Origin: Hydrurus foetidus
Lineage: Eukaryota
DNA: 64,000 nucleotides
Direction of reading: 5' to 3'
Assembly (NCBI GenBank): GCA_900617105.1
Contig: UYFQ01000001.1
Location: forward strand, 1,302,001-1,366,000
A program made the position numbers and the translations under genes. This document shows positions 9,822 to 21,877 of this stretch, piece after piece. Position 1 is the first letter of the stretch. Every line of letters begins with the position of its first letter. The notes beneath the pieces were generated by a model, which was not told where the DNA came from, made no database searches, and worked only from the letters and a program-made list of their open reading frames with translations.

Positions 9822-11013
9822 GTACATTGACACGAAAATAACGGAACATTATTACACTACGAATGTTGCCATTCGGCATAACGAGGAGTGGTCATGCGTC
9901 AGACGGAGCTGAACTTGAGCGAGGAGGATCGCTCGACGATCGAAGCCATTCGCAGCAAAGGGGTGCATCAGGCGCGCGAGGTCAATCGAGCACATGTGCT
10001 GTCATGCCTGGACCGCGACATTCCCGAATCTCAGATCATGGCAGTGCTTGGCATTGGCCGCACCGCCGTGTGGCGTGCTCGCGCCGCCTACTTGCAAGGC
10101 GGGCTGGAGTTGGCCGTGTTCGATGTGGAGCGCTCTGGACGCCCGCGCCAATACGACACCAACGCCGAGGCGCGCGTGATCGCGTTGGCCTGCTCAGCCC
10201 CGCCCAAGGGACACCAGCGCTGGACCCTGGTCGAGCTCGAACGCGCTTCTCGTCAAGAGCCTGGCATGCAATCCGTGAGCCGGGAAACCGTGCGACGCAT
10301 ACTCAAAAAAACGATCTCAAGCCCTGGCGCCGGGTAATGTGGTGCATTGGGACGCTGACCGAGGAGTACCGTGCCCGGATGTATGCCCTGCTCGAACTGT
10401 ACGCGCGGCCAATATCCAAAGCAGAACCAGTCATTTGCATAGACGAGAAAAGCCTGCAACTCATCGCCCACAGCCGAGCGCCATTGGCCATGGTGGCGAA
10501 CAGCCCAACCAAGCAGGACTACGAGTACGTGCGCAATGGCACCACCAATCTGTTTGTGGCTGTCGAGCCCAAGGCTGGACGGCGAATCGTATCTGTCACC
10601 GAGCGTCGAGGAAAGGTTGACTTCGTCGCCTTCATCAAAGAACTGCTCACTGGCGCATATGCCAAAGCACAACGAATTCACCTGGTGCTCGACAACCTGA
10701 ACACTCACTTTAGAAAGTGCTTTGACGATGTGCTGGGCAGTCGTGCGGCCGCCACGCTCCTGCGTCGGGTGGAGTTTCACTACACCCCAAAGCACGCGAG
10801 CTGGCTGAACATGGCAGAGATCGAGATTGGCGTCCTGAGTCGCCAATGCCTGGACCGGCGCATTGCCAATCGTGAATTACTGGCCTCCGAGGTTGCGGCC
10901 TGGCAGCAAGCCCGAAACGAGGAAGAACGAACCATCGAATGGAGCTTTACCCGCCAGGATGCGGATCGAAAACTAGGGCATCATTATGTTTCTAAACTTG
11001 CGTGTTGATGTAC
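9822..11013 (+). mobile_element. IS630-family insertion sequence, apparently complete
   Basis: Imperfect terminal IRs GTACATTGACACG / CGTGTTGATGTAC, TA on both sides (9820-21, 11014-15), IS630 transposase inside. Confidence 0.92.
9894..11008 (+). CDS. IS630 transposase, two ORFs joined by a -1 frameshift at A7C (10305-10312)
   Basis: ORF A carries HTH; ORF B has CIDEKS, VLDNLNTH and TPKHASWLNMAEIE (DDE motifs). Confidence 0.9.
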
Positions 11014-11089
11014 TAGGGCGGTTTTTTTACGCCCAAAACGTCAAACAGTCAGGGGTATAGAACCCCATTCAAGCGTGGTGACATACGCG

Positions 11090-11637
11090 CGTTGGATTAC
11101 GCTTGACGAAGCTAAAAAACTGATAACCGAAGTCTCAAAATTGCGGTACGCCCCCACCCTCCCAGCTTCATCAAACTGACGCTGTCCACAAGATGCCGAA
11201 AAAGCGAACTGCTCAAACTCAAGTGGACGGCCATTGACTGGACGCGAAAAATCCTCAACCTTGAAGGCCCTGAAACGAAATCAGGAAAGCGGCGAGCTAT
11301 ACCTCTGAACACCCAAGCAATCGAAGCCCTGCGCACCATGCACGCTTGGGTAAATCGACGTGTGCCGAGTGCTGAATGGGTGTTCGCCATGGAAAACGCC
11401 ACCAGATTGACAACCTTGCAAAAAGGTTTCTCGGCGGCGTGCAGGCGGCTAAAAATTGAGAATTTCCGGATTCATGACCTGCGCCACACTTTTGCAAGTT
11501 GGCTCGTCATGGCTGGGGAAAATTTGTATGTGGTCAAGGAACTGCTAGGACACAGCTCCATTACGGTCACTGAGCGTTATGCACACTTGGCACCAAGCCA
11601 AACACGAAACGCTGTAGAAAAAATGCAATCTTTTTGA
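11090..11637 (+). pseudogene. Tyrosine integrase pseudogene (catalytic domain only, frameshifted)
   Basis: RWITLDEAKKL.../...STRCRKSELLKLKW...TKSGKRRAIPL...RIHDLRHTFASWL...LLGHSSITVTERYAHL; frameshift near 11150; ends 16 bp from the tRNA 3' end. Confidence 0.85.
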
Positions 11638-11653
11638 ATATGACACCAAAAAA

Positions 11654-11728
11654 TGGTGGGCGATGCAAGTTTCGAACTTGCGACCCCTGCAGTGTGAATG
11701 CAGTGCTCTACCCCTGAGCTAATCGCCC
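11654..11728 (-). tRNA. tRNA-Val (anticodon CAC)
   Basis: GGGCGATTAGCTCAGGGGTAGAGCACTGCATTCACACTGCAGGGGTCGCAAGTTCGAAACTTGCATCGCCCACCA: cloverleaf, T-loop GTTCGAA, CCA end. Confidence 0.97.
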
Positions 11729-11780
11729 TGATATTCATTCAGGAAGCCTTAGATTATGCCATATATTTTCGACACTGTGC

Positions 11781-12509
11781 CTATACGGCGACTGTGATGG
11801 ATTCCATCAGCTTGCGCCATACGGTTTTTTTGTTGCTTGACTTGTCCAGCTGCGTCAGCACCTCGTCATGGGCTGTAAGCTCCTGGTCGCTGGCGGTGAT
11901 GACATTCAAGGTGAAGCGGCTCAAATCGACTTTGGGCACGGCCAGACCTTGGGTCACTTCATCGTCACCATCACCGTCCATCAACAGCGCATCTTGGCCG
12001 CGCGTGAGGTTGATGTACACATCGGCCAGCAACTCGGCATCGAGCAAAGCGCCATGCAAGGTACGGCCCGAGTTGTCCACTTCCAGACGGCTGCACAAAG
12101 CATCCAGGCTGTTGCGCTTGCCGGGGAACATCTCCTTGGCCATAACCAGCGTGTCGGTGATGCTCGCTACATGCTGGATGAAGGCGGGTTTGCCGATGAG
12201 TTGCAGCTCTTTGTTTAAAAAGCCTACGTCAAACGGTGCGTTATGGATGATGATTTCTGCACCGGCCAAATACGCCAGGAGTTCATCTGCCACCGCCGAA
12301 AACTTAGGCTTATCGCGCAAGAACTCGTTGCTGATGCCGTGGACGCGCAAAGCCTCTTCATGGCTGTCACGACCTGGGTTGAGGTAAAAATGCAGGTTGT
12401 TACCCGTGAGCTTGCGGTTAAGCAGCTCTACGCAACCGATTTCGATAATGCGGTCGCCGCCCTCGGCAGAAAGGCCAGTGGTTTCGGTGTCAAGCAGGAT
12501 TTGGCGCAT
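11781..12509 (-). CDS. dnaQ: DNA polymerase III epsilon subunit
   Basis: LDTETTG, HNAPFD, LHGALLDAELLA. Confidence 0.97.
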   Translation of the reverse strand: MRQILLDTETTGLSAEGGDRIIEIGCVELLNRKLTGNNLHFYLNPGRDSHEEALRVHGISNEFLRDKPKFSAVADELLAYLAGAEIIIHNAPFDVGFLNKELQLIGKPAFIQHVASITDTLVMAKEMFPGKRNSLDALCSRLEVDNSGRTLHGALLDAELLADVYINLTRGQDALLMDGDGDDEVTQGLAVPKVDLSRFTLNVITASDQELTAHDEVLTQLDKSSNKKTVWRKLMESITVAV

Positions 12510-12532
12510 GGGGGACGGGCTCCGTCGCTGGA

Positions 12533-12871
12533 TTAATGGTTTTCTTTGGCGTGGTTGATCGAGTACTTGGGGATTTCCACCGTCACGTTGCTTTGCGCCA
12601 AAAAGGCTTGGCAGCTCAGGCGCGAATTCGGCTCCAGGCCCCAGGCACGGTCAAGCAGGTCTTCTTCCACTTCGTCCAACTCACCCAAGGACGCAAAGCC
12701 TTCGCGCACAACCACATGGCACGTGGTACAAGCCGCGCTCATGTCGCAGGCGTGCTCGATGTTGATGTGGTTTTCAAGCAGTGCTTCGCACAGGCTGGTG
12801 CCCGCAGGGGCTGAGATTTCAGCACCTTGGGGGCAGTATTCGGGGTGGGGAAGAATTTTAATGATAGGCAT
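12533..12871 (-). CDS. fdx: ISC 2Fe-2S ferredoxin
   Basis: EHACDMSAACTTCH, SRLSCQ, PKYSINHAKE; last gene of the isc operon. Confidence 0.96.
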   Translation of the reverse strand: MPIIKILPHPEYCPQGAEISAPAGTSLCEALLENHINIEHACDMSAACTTCHVVVREGFASLGELDEVEEDLLDRAWGLEPNSRLSCQAFLAQSNVTVEIPKYSINHAKENH

Positions 12872-12907
12872 GGGGTGTACTTTTTAATTTTAGGGCTTAC
12901 GACAGGT

Positions 12908-14765
12908 TCAAAGCGAAGCCACGTTTTTGCCAGACAAGGCTTGCTGGATGCCGTGGTTCATGCGTTCAGCGGCGAAAGCTTCCGTGCCTTTGGCCAATGC
13001 CTCGGTCGCCAGTTCCACCGTTTTGGCATCGGTGCTTTGGGCGACGGTGGCACGCAATTGCACCATCAACGCATCCATCTCAACGCGCTGCGCGTCGCTC
13101 AACAATTGACCATCCGCGTTCAAGGCGCTCTGGGTGGCCATCAGCATGCGATCTGCATCCACACGGGCTTCTACGAGGGCGCGGGCTACCATGTCTTCTT
13201 GTGCGGTGGCAAAACTGTCTTGCAGCATTTTGGCGATTTGTTCGTCCGAAAGACCGTAACTGGGCTTAACGTCGATCTTGGCCTCCACGCCACTGCCCTG
13301 CTCTTTCGCGGCCACGCTGAGCAAACCATCGGCATCGACGGTGAAGGTGACGCGAATCCGCGCCGCGCCTGCAGCCATAGGCGGGATGCCGCGCAGCTCG
13401 AAGCGAGCCAGACTGCGGCAATCGGCCACCAAATCACGCTCGCCCTGCACCACATGCAGCGCCAACGCCGTTTGGCCGTCTTTGTAAGTGGTGAAATCTT
13501 GCGCCATCGCGGTGGGGATGGTTTGGTTGCGCGGAACGATGCGCTCCACCAAACCACCCATGGTCTCAATCCCGAGAGACAAAGGAATCACGTCGAGCAG
13601 CAGCAAATCTCCAGCGCCCACGTTACCCGCCAGTTGGTTGGCTTGGATGGCGGCCCCCAGGGCGACGACTTCATCTGGGTTGAGGTTGGTGAGCGGCTCG
13701 CGGCCAAAGAATTCGGCCACGGCACGCTGTATTTGCGGCATCCGGGTGGAGCCACCGACCATGACCACACCCTGCACGTCATCCTTACTGAGCTGGGCAT
13801 CCCTCAGGGCTTTGCGCACGGCGACGAGGGTACGGGCCGTCAGCGGGGCGGTGATGGTTTCAAAGTCTGATTTTTTGACCTCAAAATGCAGGTTTCCGCC
13901 TTCCATATCAGCGTGGAAAGCTATCGAATCCGTAGCAGAAAGCGCCTCCTTGGCCACGCGGGCTGCCATGTGCAGAGCTGCTTTATCAGCAGCGGTATGG
14001 GCTTTGCGGCCAGTTTGCGCCAGCACCCCATCGGCCAATGCGCGATCATAGTCATCGCCGCCCAGGGCCGAGTCGCCACCGGCAGCCATCACCTCAAACA
14101 CGCCTTGGGTCAAGCGCAGGATGGAAATATCAAACGTGCCACCGCCCAGGTCGTAAATGGCGTACACGCCTTCGGATGCGTTGTCCAACCCGTAGGCAAT
14201 GGCGGCGGCGGTGGGCTCGTTGATAAGGCGCAGCACATTCAGGCCCGCCAGTTGCGCAGCGTCTTTGGTGGCTTGGCGCTGGGCGTCGTCAAAGTACGCG
14301 GGCACGGTGATGACGGCGCCGTAAATGTCGTCGTTGAAGGTGTCTTCGGCGCGGTAACGCAGGGTGGCCAAAATGTCGGCACTGACCTCCACCGGGGATT
14401 TTTCGCCCGCACCGTTTGCAGACCCACCATGCCGGGCTTGTCGATGAAGGTGTAGGGCAGCTTCTCGCGCTGGGCAATGTCGGCCAAACCCCGGCCCATC
14501 AGGCGTTTGACCGAGGCGATGGTGTTCTCAGGGTCGATGGCTTGGGCGGCGTGGGCATCGAAGCCGATCACCCGTTTATTGTCCGGCAGGTAGCGCACCA
14601 CGCTGGGCAGGATGACGCGGCCCTCGTCGTCTGGCAGGCATTCAGCGACACCATTGCGCACAGAGGCAACGAGCGAATGAGTGGTGCCCAGATCGATGCC
14701 AATGGCGATGCGCCGTTGGTGCGGGTTGGGCGCTTGGCCGGGTTCAGAGATTTGCAGAATGCCAT
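12908..14765 (-). CDS. hscA: Fe-S assembly chaperone HscA (frameshifted near 14400 and 14757, probably sequence error)
   Basis: [29 protein letters not shown] and DLGGGTFD spread over three frames. Confidence 0.92.
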
Positions 14766-14785
14766 GGGCTTATGGTCCTGGAGCG

Positions 14786-15329
14786 TCAGACCAGCAGGTC
14801 TAGGCGGTCGTCTAAATCGCGCTGAATCGCTCAATGAACATCAATGCGCGCACTTGCTGTGCGGCGGCGGGGAAATCGGGAGAAGCACTTGAAGAAGTGT
14901 CAATGAGGGCTTCAACAGCGCTGAGCACCACAGCATGGGCGGTGGTAACTTCTTGCAGCAAGCTTTGCAGAGTGCCTGCCCGGCAGCACCGCTGGGGGTC
15001 GTCCAGTGCCTCACGCCATTCCATTTGCTGCATTAAAAAGCAGCCGGCATGGCGGTGTTGTTTTCGGCATTGACGGGCGCACCGTGCAGTTCGCACAAGT
15101 AGGCGGCGCGTTTGAGCGGGTCTTTAAGCCGTTGGTAGGCCTCGTTGATACGCACCGACCACTGCATGGCTATGCGCTGTGCGGCTGCGCCTTGGGCGGC
15201 AAACTTGTCGGGGTGCGCTTCTCGCTGCAGTTCTTTCCAACGGGCATCAAGGCGGCGCGGTCTTGGCAAAGCGCACAGGTTGCCCTAAACCGAAAAGGTC
15301 ATCGGCAAATCATTGGCTTGCAGATTCAC
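14786..15329 (-). CDS. hscB: Co-chaperone HscB (several frameshifts)
   Basis: J-domain [35 protein letters not shown]. Confidence 0.88.
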
Positions 15330-15342
15330 AGGCGCGGAAAGG

Positions 15343-15665
15343 TCAGACGCGGAAGGATTCCCGCAACCACAACGGTCACGCTCGTTGGGGTTGTTGAATT
15401 TGAAGCCTTCATTCAAGCCTTCGCGCACGAAATCAAGCTGCGTTCCGTCGATGTAGGCCAGACTTTTGGGGTCGACCAGCACCTTCACGCCGTTGTCTTC
15501 AAACACCACGTCTTCAGGCGCGAAATCATCGACGTATTCGAGCTTGTAAGCCAAGCCTGAGCAGCCCGTGGTTTTGACACCCAGCCGCACACCCACGCCC
15601 TTGCCGCGCTTGGTCAGGTAGCGGGTCACGTGGCGTGCTGCGGCGTCAGTCAGCGTAACGGGCAT
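15343..15665 (-). CDS. iscA: Fe-S assembly protein IscA (1-nt deletion in the C-terminal CGCGESF)
   Basis: [22 protein letters not shown]. Confidence 0.93.
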
Positions 15666-15686
15666 TTGGTTTTTTCTTGGCAATGT

Positions 15687-16091
15687 TTACGCTGCAACTG
15701 CAACTGCGGCTTGAGCATGCTTTTTGTAGTCGTCCACAGCAGCCTTGATGGCGTCTTCAGCCAGGATGGAGCAATGGATTTTCACGGGTGGCAAAGCCAG
15801 TTCTTCGGCGATTTGGCTGTTCTTCATGCTTGCTGCTTCGTCCAACGTTTTGCCCTTGACCCATTCGGTGACCAGCGAGCTGGACGCAATCGCCGAACCG
15901 CAACCGTAGGTTTTAAAGCGTGCGTCTTCAATCACGCCCGTCAGCGGATTGACCTTGATTTGCAGCTTCATCACGTCGCCGCAAGCGGGTGCACCCACCA
16001 TGCCGGTGCCTACGGTGTCGTCGCCTTTTTCAAAGGAGCCAACGTTGCGGGGGTTTTCGTAGTGGTCGATGACTTTTTCTGAATAAGCCAT
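15687..16091 (-). CDS. iscU: Fe-S scaffold IscU
   Basis: MAYSEKVIDHYENPRNVG, LPPVKIHCS. Confidence 0.97.
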   Translation of the reverse strand: MAYSEKVIDHYENPRNVGSFEKGDDTVGTGMVGAPACGDVMKLQIKVNPLTGVIEDARFKTYGCGSAIASSSLVTEWVKGKTLDEAASMKNSQIAEELALPPVKIHCSILAEDAIKAAVDDYKKHAQAAVAVAA

Positions 16092-16120
16092 GGTGTTTCC
16101 TTGCTTAACGTGCTAACTTT

Positions 16121-17334
16121 CTAGTGCGCAGCCCACTGGATGGTGGAGATGTCAATGCCTTCTTTGTACATGTCCCAAAGCGGGCTCAGTCGCGCAGCTT
16201 GGCCACGTTCTCTTGATGGTGCCCATCGCATAGTCAATCTCTTCTTCAGTGTCCAGCGGCCCATCGTCATGCGCAGGCTGCTGTGGGCCAGCTCGTCGCT
16301 GCGGCCCAAGGCGCGCAGCACGTAGCTGGGTTCCAGCGAAGCTGAGGTACAGGCCGAACCACTCGACACGGCCAAGCCTTTGATGCCCATGATCAGCGAC
16401 TCGCCCTCAACATAGTTAAAGCTCATGTTCAGGTTGTGCGGCACGCGCTTTTCGGCGTGGCCATTGATAAACACCTGTTCGACATCTTTCAGACCGGCCA
16501 ACATGCGGTCATGCAGGCTTGGATGCGCTTGTTTTCAGCATGCATTTCAGCTTGGCAATGCGGTACGCCTCGCCCATGCCTACGATTTGGTGCGTGGGCA
16601 GCGTGCCTGAACGCATGCCGCGCTCATGGCCACCACCGTGCATTTGCGCTTCCAGGCGAATACGCGGCTTGCGGCGAACGTACAGGCGCCTATTCCCTTG
16701 GGGCCGTAGGTTTTGTGCGATGTCAGGCTCATCAAATCAATGGGCAATGCCGCCAAATCGATGTCCACACGGCCGGTGGCTTGCGCTGCATCGGTGTGAA
16801 AGATCACGCCTTTTTCACGGCACATCTCGCCGATCGCGGCTACGTCTTGGATCACACCGATTTCGTTGTTCACGAACATCACGCTGGCCAAAATCGTGTC
16901 AGGGCGAATCGCGGCTTTGAAGGCATCGAGGTTAACAAGACCGTCGGCCTGCACATCCAGGTAAGTCACTTCAAAACCCTGGCGCTCTAGCTCACGGCAG
17001 GTGTCCAGCACCGCTTTGTGCTCGGTCTTGACCGTGATGAGGTGCTTGCCTTTGGTCTTGTAGAAGTGCGCTGCACCTTTGATGGCCAAGTTGTTCGACT
17101 CGGTTGCACCGCTGGTCCAGACGATTTCGCGCGGATCAGCACCGATCAGCTGGCAACTTGCTCACGGGCTTTTTCGACAGCCGCTTCGGCTTCCCAGCCC
17201 CACGCATGGCTGCGCGATGCGGGGTTGCCAAAGTGCTCGCGCAACCACGGAATCATGGCATCCACTACCCGTGGGTCGCACGGGTTGGTGGCGCTGTAGT
17301 CCATGTAAATGGGGAAGTGAGGTGTTGCGTCCAT
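16121..17334 (-). CDS. iscS: Cysteine desulfurase IscS (several frameshifts)
   Basis: [42 protein letters not shown] across frames. Confidence 0.93.
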
Positions 17335-17427
17335 GGCTGGCTGTTGGCTTTGTTGCTGGCTCAAAATATCAAGAAAAAATGTTCAAACAAGACTTTAAAA
17401 CTCATTACAACTTGAGTTAGCCCATTG

Positions 17428-17456
17428 AGAATGGGACTGCAAAGCAATCCCATTCT
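17428..17456. other. Hairpin between iscR and iscS
   Basis: AGAATGGGACTGC-AAA-GCAATCCCATTCT inverted repeat. Confidence 0.55.
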
Positions 17457-17523
17457 GTCAATTAACCGATGATAACCACGGGAAAACCCGTAACCACAAC
17501 ACCACGCACCTTGTGCGTTAGCG

Positions 17524-18062
17524 TCAATTCATCTTGGCAAACGCATTACCCAGCGCAAAAACCGAATTCGGTGTATTCATGCGCATGGACTTAGACACCG
17601 GCATACTGGAAATAGCCCGTTTTACCACTGGCTTGTCTTCCACCTGTACACCCTTGGCCAGTTGCTCTTGCACCAGCTGGTCAACGTCACAGAATCCAAA
17701 AACTCAACCATCCGCTGATTCAATGAAGCCCACAATTCGTGGGTCATACAACGACCAGCATCACCTAAACAATTCTCTTTGCCACCGCACTGCGTGGCAT
17801 CAATCGGCTCATCGACCGAAACAATGATATCCGCCACAGTGATGTCGCTGATTTTGCGACCCAAGGTGTAACCGCCTCCAGGACCACGGGTTGACTCCAC
17901 CAACTCATGCCGTCGCAATTTGCCAAACAGCTGCTCAAGGTATGACAAAGAAATCTGCTGGCGCTGGCTGATAGCAGCCAGCGTGACAGGGCCGGTGCTT
18001 TGACGCAAGGCTAAATCAATCATTGCAGTGACTGCAAAACGGCCTTTGGTTGTAAGACGCAT
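17524..18062 (-). CDS. iscR: Fe-S regulator IscR (frameshift near 17690)
   Basis: [19 protein letters not shown], three Cys + H motif; C-terminus [10 protein letters not shown] lies in another frame. Confidence 0.93.
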
Positions 18063-18231
18063 GGCAAGCTCCTTATTGTTAGCTCATTTACCCTCAAACA
18101 AACACATGCGAATACTCCATCTTCGCATGCACTTAGCCACCTGACCTCAAGTCCCACCAGGTGGGTGATCTGCTCGGCTAACCGGGGTAAAAAGCTAACA
18201 TCTAGAAGTTAGCGCTTTCATATGCTTTCGC

Positions 18232-18256
18232 TTAGTTGACTAATTAAGTCAAGTAT
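18232..18256. promoter_or_regulatory. IscR type-1 binding site upstream of iscR
   Basis: TTAGTTGACTAATTAAGTCAAGTAT closely fits the type-1 consensus ATASYYGACTRWWWYAGTCRRSTAT. Confidence 0.75.
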
Positions 18257-18375
18257 ACCCGATAACCCGAACATTCCACTCGAACAACTATAACCCAGAG
18301 AACATCGTTTGTCTTGGACAAAATAACCCCGGATTTACCCGACTTATCTCACCTTTACAGAGAATGAACAGGCGT

Positions 18376-20512
18376 TCACGATACAGCCTTGAACAACAAC
18401 ACGTTGTCTTTGCCTGGAGCACCAAAAGCCCGCTCTTTGAGCAAGGCGAGTTGATCACGCACGCGAGCGGCTTGCTCAAACTCCAGGTTTTTAGCGTGTT
18501 CAATCATTTGCTTTTCAAGCCGTTTGATTTCACGGGCGATGTCTTTTTCACTCATATCCTCCACCTTGGCACGCTGGATTTGCAACTGCTCTAACTTCAG
18601 CGCCTCTTGCCCCGATTTTTCGCTGTACACACCATCAATCAAGTCACGCACTTGCTTCACAATGCTGCGCGGCGTGATGCCCATGGCCAAGTTGTGCGCC
18701 ACCTGCTTGGCCCGGCGGCGCTCGGTTTCACCAATGGCTTTGGTCATCGAATCGGTGATGCGGTCCGCATACAAAATAGCCCGGCCATTCAGGTTACGCG
18801 CGGCCCGGCCTATGGTTTGGATCAACGAGCGCTCGCTGCGCAAAAAGCCTTCTTTGTCGGCATCCAAAATCGCCACCAGCTCACTTCTGGGATGTCCAAG
18901 CCCTCACGCAGCAAGTTGATACCCACCAGCACATCGAAGGTACCCAGGCGCAAATCGCGCAGAATTTCGACCCGCTCCACCGTGTCAATATCGCTGTGCA
19001 GGTAGCGCACTTTCACGCCGTTATCGCTCAGGTAATCCGTCAGCTGCTCGGCCATGCGCTTGGTCAAGGTGGTGATCAGCACACGCTCGTTTTTGTCCAC
19101 GCGAATACGAATTTCTTGGAGCACATCGTCCACTTGATGAGTGGCTGGGCGCACCTCGACTTCAGGGTCAACCAAGCCCGTCGGGCGCACCACTTGCTCC
19201 ACCATTTGGCCTGAATGCTCTTTCTCGTAGGCCGCTGGTGTGGCAGAAACAAAGATCGCCTGCCGCATTTTGGTGCTCGAACTCTTCCAGCTTTAAAGGC
19301 CGGTTGTCTAGGCAGAAGGCAGGCGAAACCCATACTCCACCAACGTGGTCTTACGTGCCCGGTCGCCGTTGTACATGCCGCTGAACTGCCCCATCAGCAC
19401 ATGGCTCTCATCCAAAAACATGACCGCGTCTTTGGGCATGTAGTCCGTCAGCGTGCTGGCGGGTCGCCCACAGCCGCCCCAGAGAGATGCCGGGTGTAGT
19501 TCTCAATGCCCTTGCAGTGACCCACCTCGCTCAGCATTTCCAAATCAAACCGCGTGCGCTGCTCGATGCGCTGCGCCTCCACCAGCTTACCCTGCGAGAC
19601 AAACTCCTTCACCCGGCCCACCAGCTCCACCTTGATCGTCTCCACAGCGGCCAGCACCCGGTCACGCGGTGTCACGTAATGGCTGCTGGGGTACACCGTG
19701 AAACGCGGAATCTTCTGCTTGATGCGCCCCGTCAGCGGGTCTAACAATTGCAGCGATTCAATCTCGTCGTCAAACAACTCAATACGGATCGCCAACTCGC
19801 TGTGCTCTGCGGGAAACACGTCAATCGTCTCGCCACGCACGCGAAACGTGCCGCGTGAGAAATCCATGTCATTGCGCTGGTACTGCATCCGAATCAGCTG
19901 CGCAATCACGTCACGCTGACCCAGCTTGTCGCCCACCCGCAACGTCATGATCATCTGGTGGTAGCTCTCAGGCTCACCGATACCGTAAATCGCCGACACC
20001 GTGGCCACGATCAGCACATCGCGCCGCTCCAAGATGCTTTTGGTGCAAGAAAGCCGCATCTGCTCAATGTGCTCATTGATCGCCGAATCCTTCTCAATGA
20101 ACAAATCGCGCTGCGGCACATACGCCTCAGGCTGGTAGTAGTCGTAGTAGCTGACGAAGTACTCCACCGCGTTGTGCGGGAAAAACTCGCGAAACTCGCT
20201 GTACAGCTGCGCCGCCAACGTCTTATTAGGTGCAAAAACAATAGCAGGCCGCCCCAACCGGGCAATCACATTCGCCATCGTGAACGTCTTGCCCGAACCC
20301 GTCACACCCAGCAGCGTCTGAAACACCTCGCCATCGCGTACGCCTTCCACCAGCTTTTCGATAGCAGCAGGTTGATCGCCAGCGGGCGGATAAGGCATAA
20401 AAAGCTCAAAAGGCGAACCTGGAAAGCTGACGAACTCGCCTGTAGCAGCCCCGTCTGTGTTGGCGGGTTGGCGTTTATTCGGATGGGGAATGTCAACAAT
20501 AACTTCGTGCAT
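18376..20512 (-). CDS. uvrB: Excinuclease ABC subunit B (frameshifted between about 18880 and 19470)
   Basis: [45 protein letters not shown]-terminal UVR domain. Confidence 0.95.
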
Positions 20513-20632
20513 GAATCACCTCGGATAGGCCACGGGCCGTGCCTTTAAAATTAGCGCAACCCGACAGCGTACCGCAGGTTCGGGAAACCCGCCCACCCTC
20601 CCCATCCTTCCGCTTAACTTCTAGGAACCTCC

Positions 20633-21829
20633 ATGTCTCTGTTTACCGCCGTCGAAATGGCCCCCCGCGACCCTATCTTGGGCCTGAATGAACAATTCAA
20701 CGCTGACGCCAACCCTAACAAAGTCAACCTCGGCGTGGGTGTTTACTTTGACGACAACGGCAAACTGCCCCTGCTCAAATGCGTGCAAACCGTTGAAAAG
20801 CAAATGACCGACGCGCCCAAGCCACGCGGCTACCTGCCTATCGACGGCGTGGCCGCCTATGACGCAGCCGTCAAAGGCCTGGTCTTCGGTGCTGATTCCG
20901 AGCCCGTCACCAGTGGCCGCGTGGCCACCATCCAAGGCATCGGTGGCACCGGTGCACTGAAAGTCGGCGCTGATTTCCTGAAAAAGCTCAACCCCAACGC
21001 CACCGTCCTCATCAGCGACCCCAGCTGGGAAAACCACCGCGCCTTGTTCACCAACGCCGGTTTCACGGTTGAAAACTACGCCTATTACGATGCAGCCAAG
21101 CGTGGCGTGGACTTTGAAGGCATGTTGGCATCGCTCCAAGGCGCGGCAGAGGGCACCATCGTCGTGCTGCACGCCTGCTGCCACAACCCCACGGGTTACG
21201 ACATCACCAGCGCCCAGTGGGATCAAGTCGTCGCCGCCGTCAAAGCCGCCAAACTCGTGCCTTTCCTCGACATGGCCTACCAAGGCTTCGGCCACGGCAT
21301 CGTTGAAGATGGTGCCGTGATTGGCAAATTCGTCGCCTCGGGCCTGAGCTTCCTGGTGTCTACCTCGTTCAGCAAGAGCTTCAGCCTGTACGGCGAACGC
21401 GTTGGTGGCTTGAGCGTGCTGTGCGAAAGCAAAGACGAAGCCGACCGCGTGCTCAGCCAGCTCAAAATCTGCATCCGCACCAACTACAGCAACCCGCAAA
21501 TCCACGGCGCGACGGTGGTTGCCACGGTGCTGAACACCCCCGCGCTGCGCGCCGAGTGGGAACAAGAATTGGCCGAGATGCGCGTACGCATCAAAGCCAT
21601 GCGCCAAAAACTGGTGGACGGTTTGAAGGCGGCAGGTGTTGCGCAAGACATGAGCTTCATCACCAGCCAAATCGGCATGTTCAGCTACTCCGGCCTGACC
21701 AAAGACCAAATGGTGCGCCTGCGCAGCGAATTTGGTGTCTACGGCACCGACACAGGCCGCATGTGCGTGGCCGCGTTGAACAGCAAAAATATCGACTACG
21801 TTTGCGCTTGTATTGCTAAGGTGGTTTAA
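20633..21829 (+). CDS. tyrB: Aromatic amino acid/aspartate aminotransferase
   Basis: KVNLGVGVY, CCHNPTG, SFSKSFSLYGERVG. Confidence 0.88.
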   Translation: MSLFTAVEMAPRDPILGLNEQFNADANPNKVNLGVGVYFDDNGKLPLLKCVQTVEKQMTDAPKPRGYLPIDGVAAYDAAVKGLVFGADSEPVTSGRVATIQGIGGTGALKVGADFLKKLNPNATVLISDPSWENHRALFTNAGFTVENYAYYDAAKRGVDFEGMLASLQGAAEGTIVVLHACCHNPTGYDITSAQWDQVVAAVKAAKLVPFLDMAYQGFGHGIVEDGAVIGKFVASGLSFLVSTSFSKSFSLYGERVGGLSVLCESKDEADRVLSQLKICIRTNYSNPQIHGATVVATVLNTPALRAEWEQELAEMRVRIKAMRQKLVDGLKAAGVAQDMSFITSQIGMFSYSGLTKDQMVRLRSEFGVYGTDTGRMCVAALNSKNIDYVCACIAKVV

Positions 21830-21877
21830 CCCGCCCCCTCCGCTTGCATCAGCAGGCGGTTACTGATTTGTTCTCCG

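Noticed and set aside
10300..10320. IS630 frameshift as a novelty or an error
   Set aside because: Two-ORF organisation with an A-rich slippery site is common in IS630 elements.
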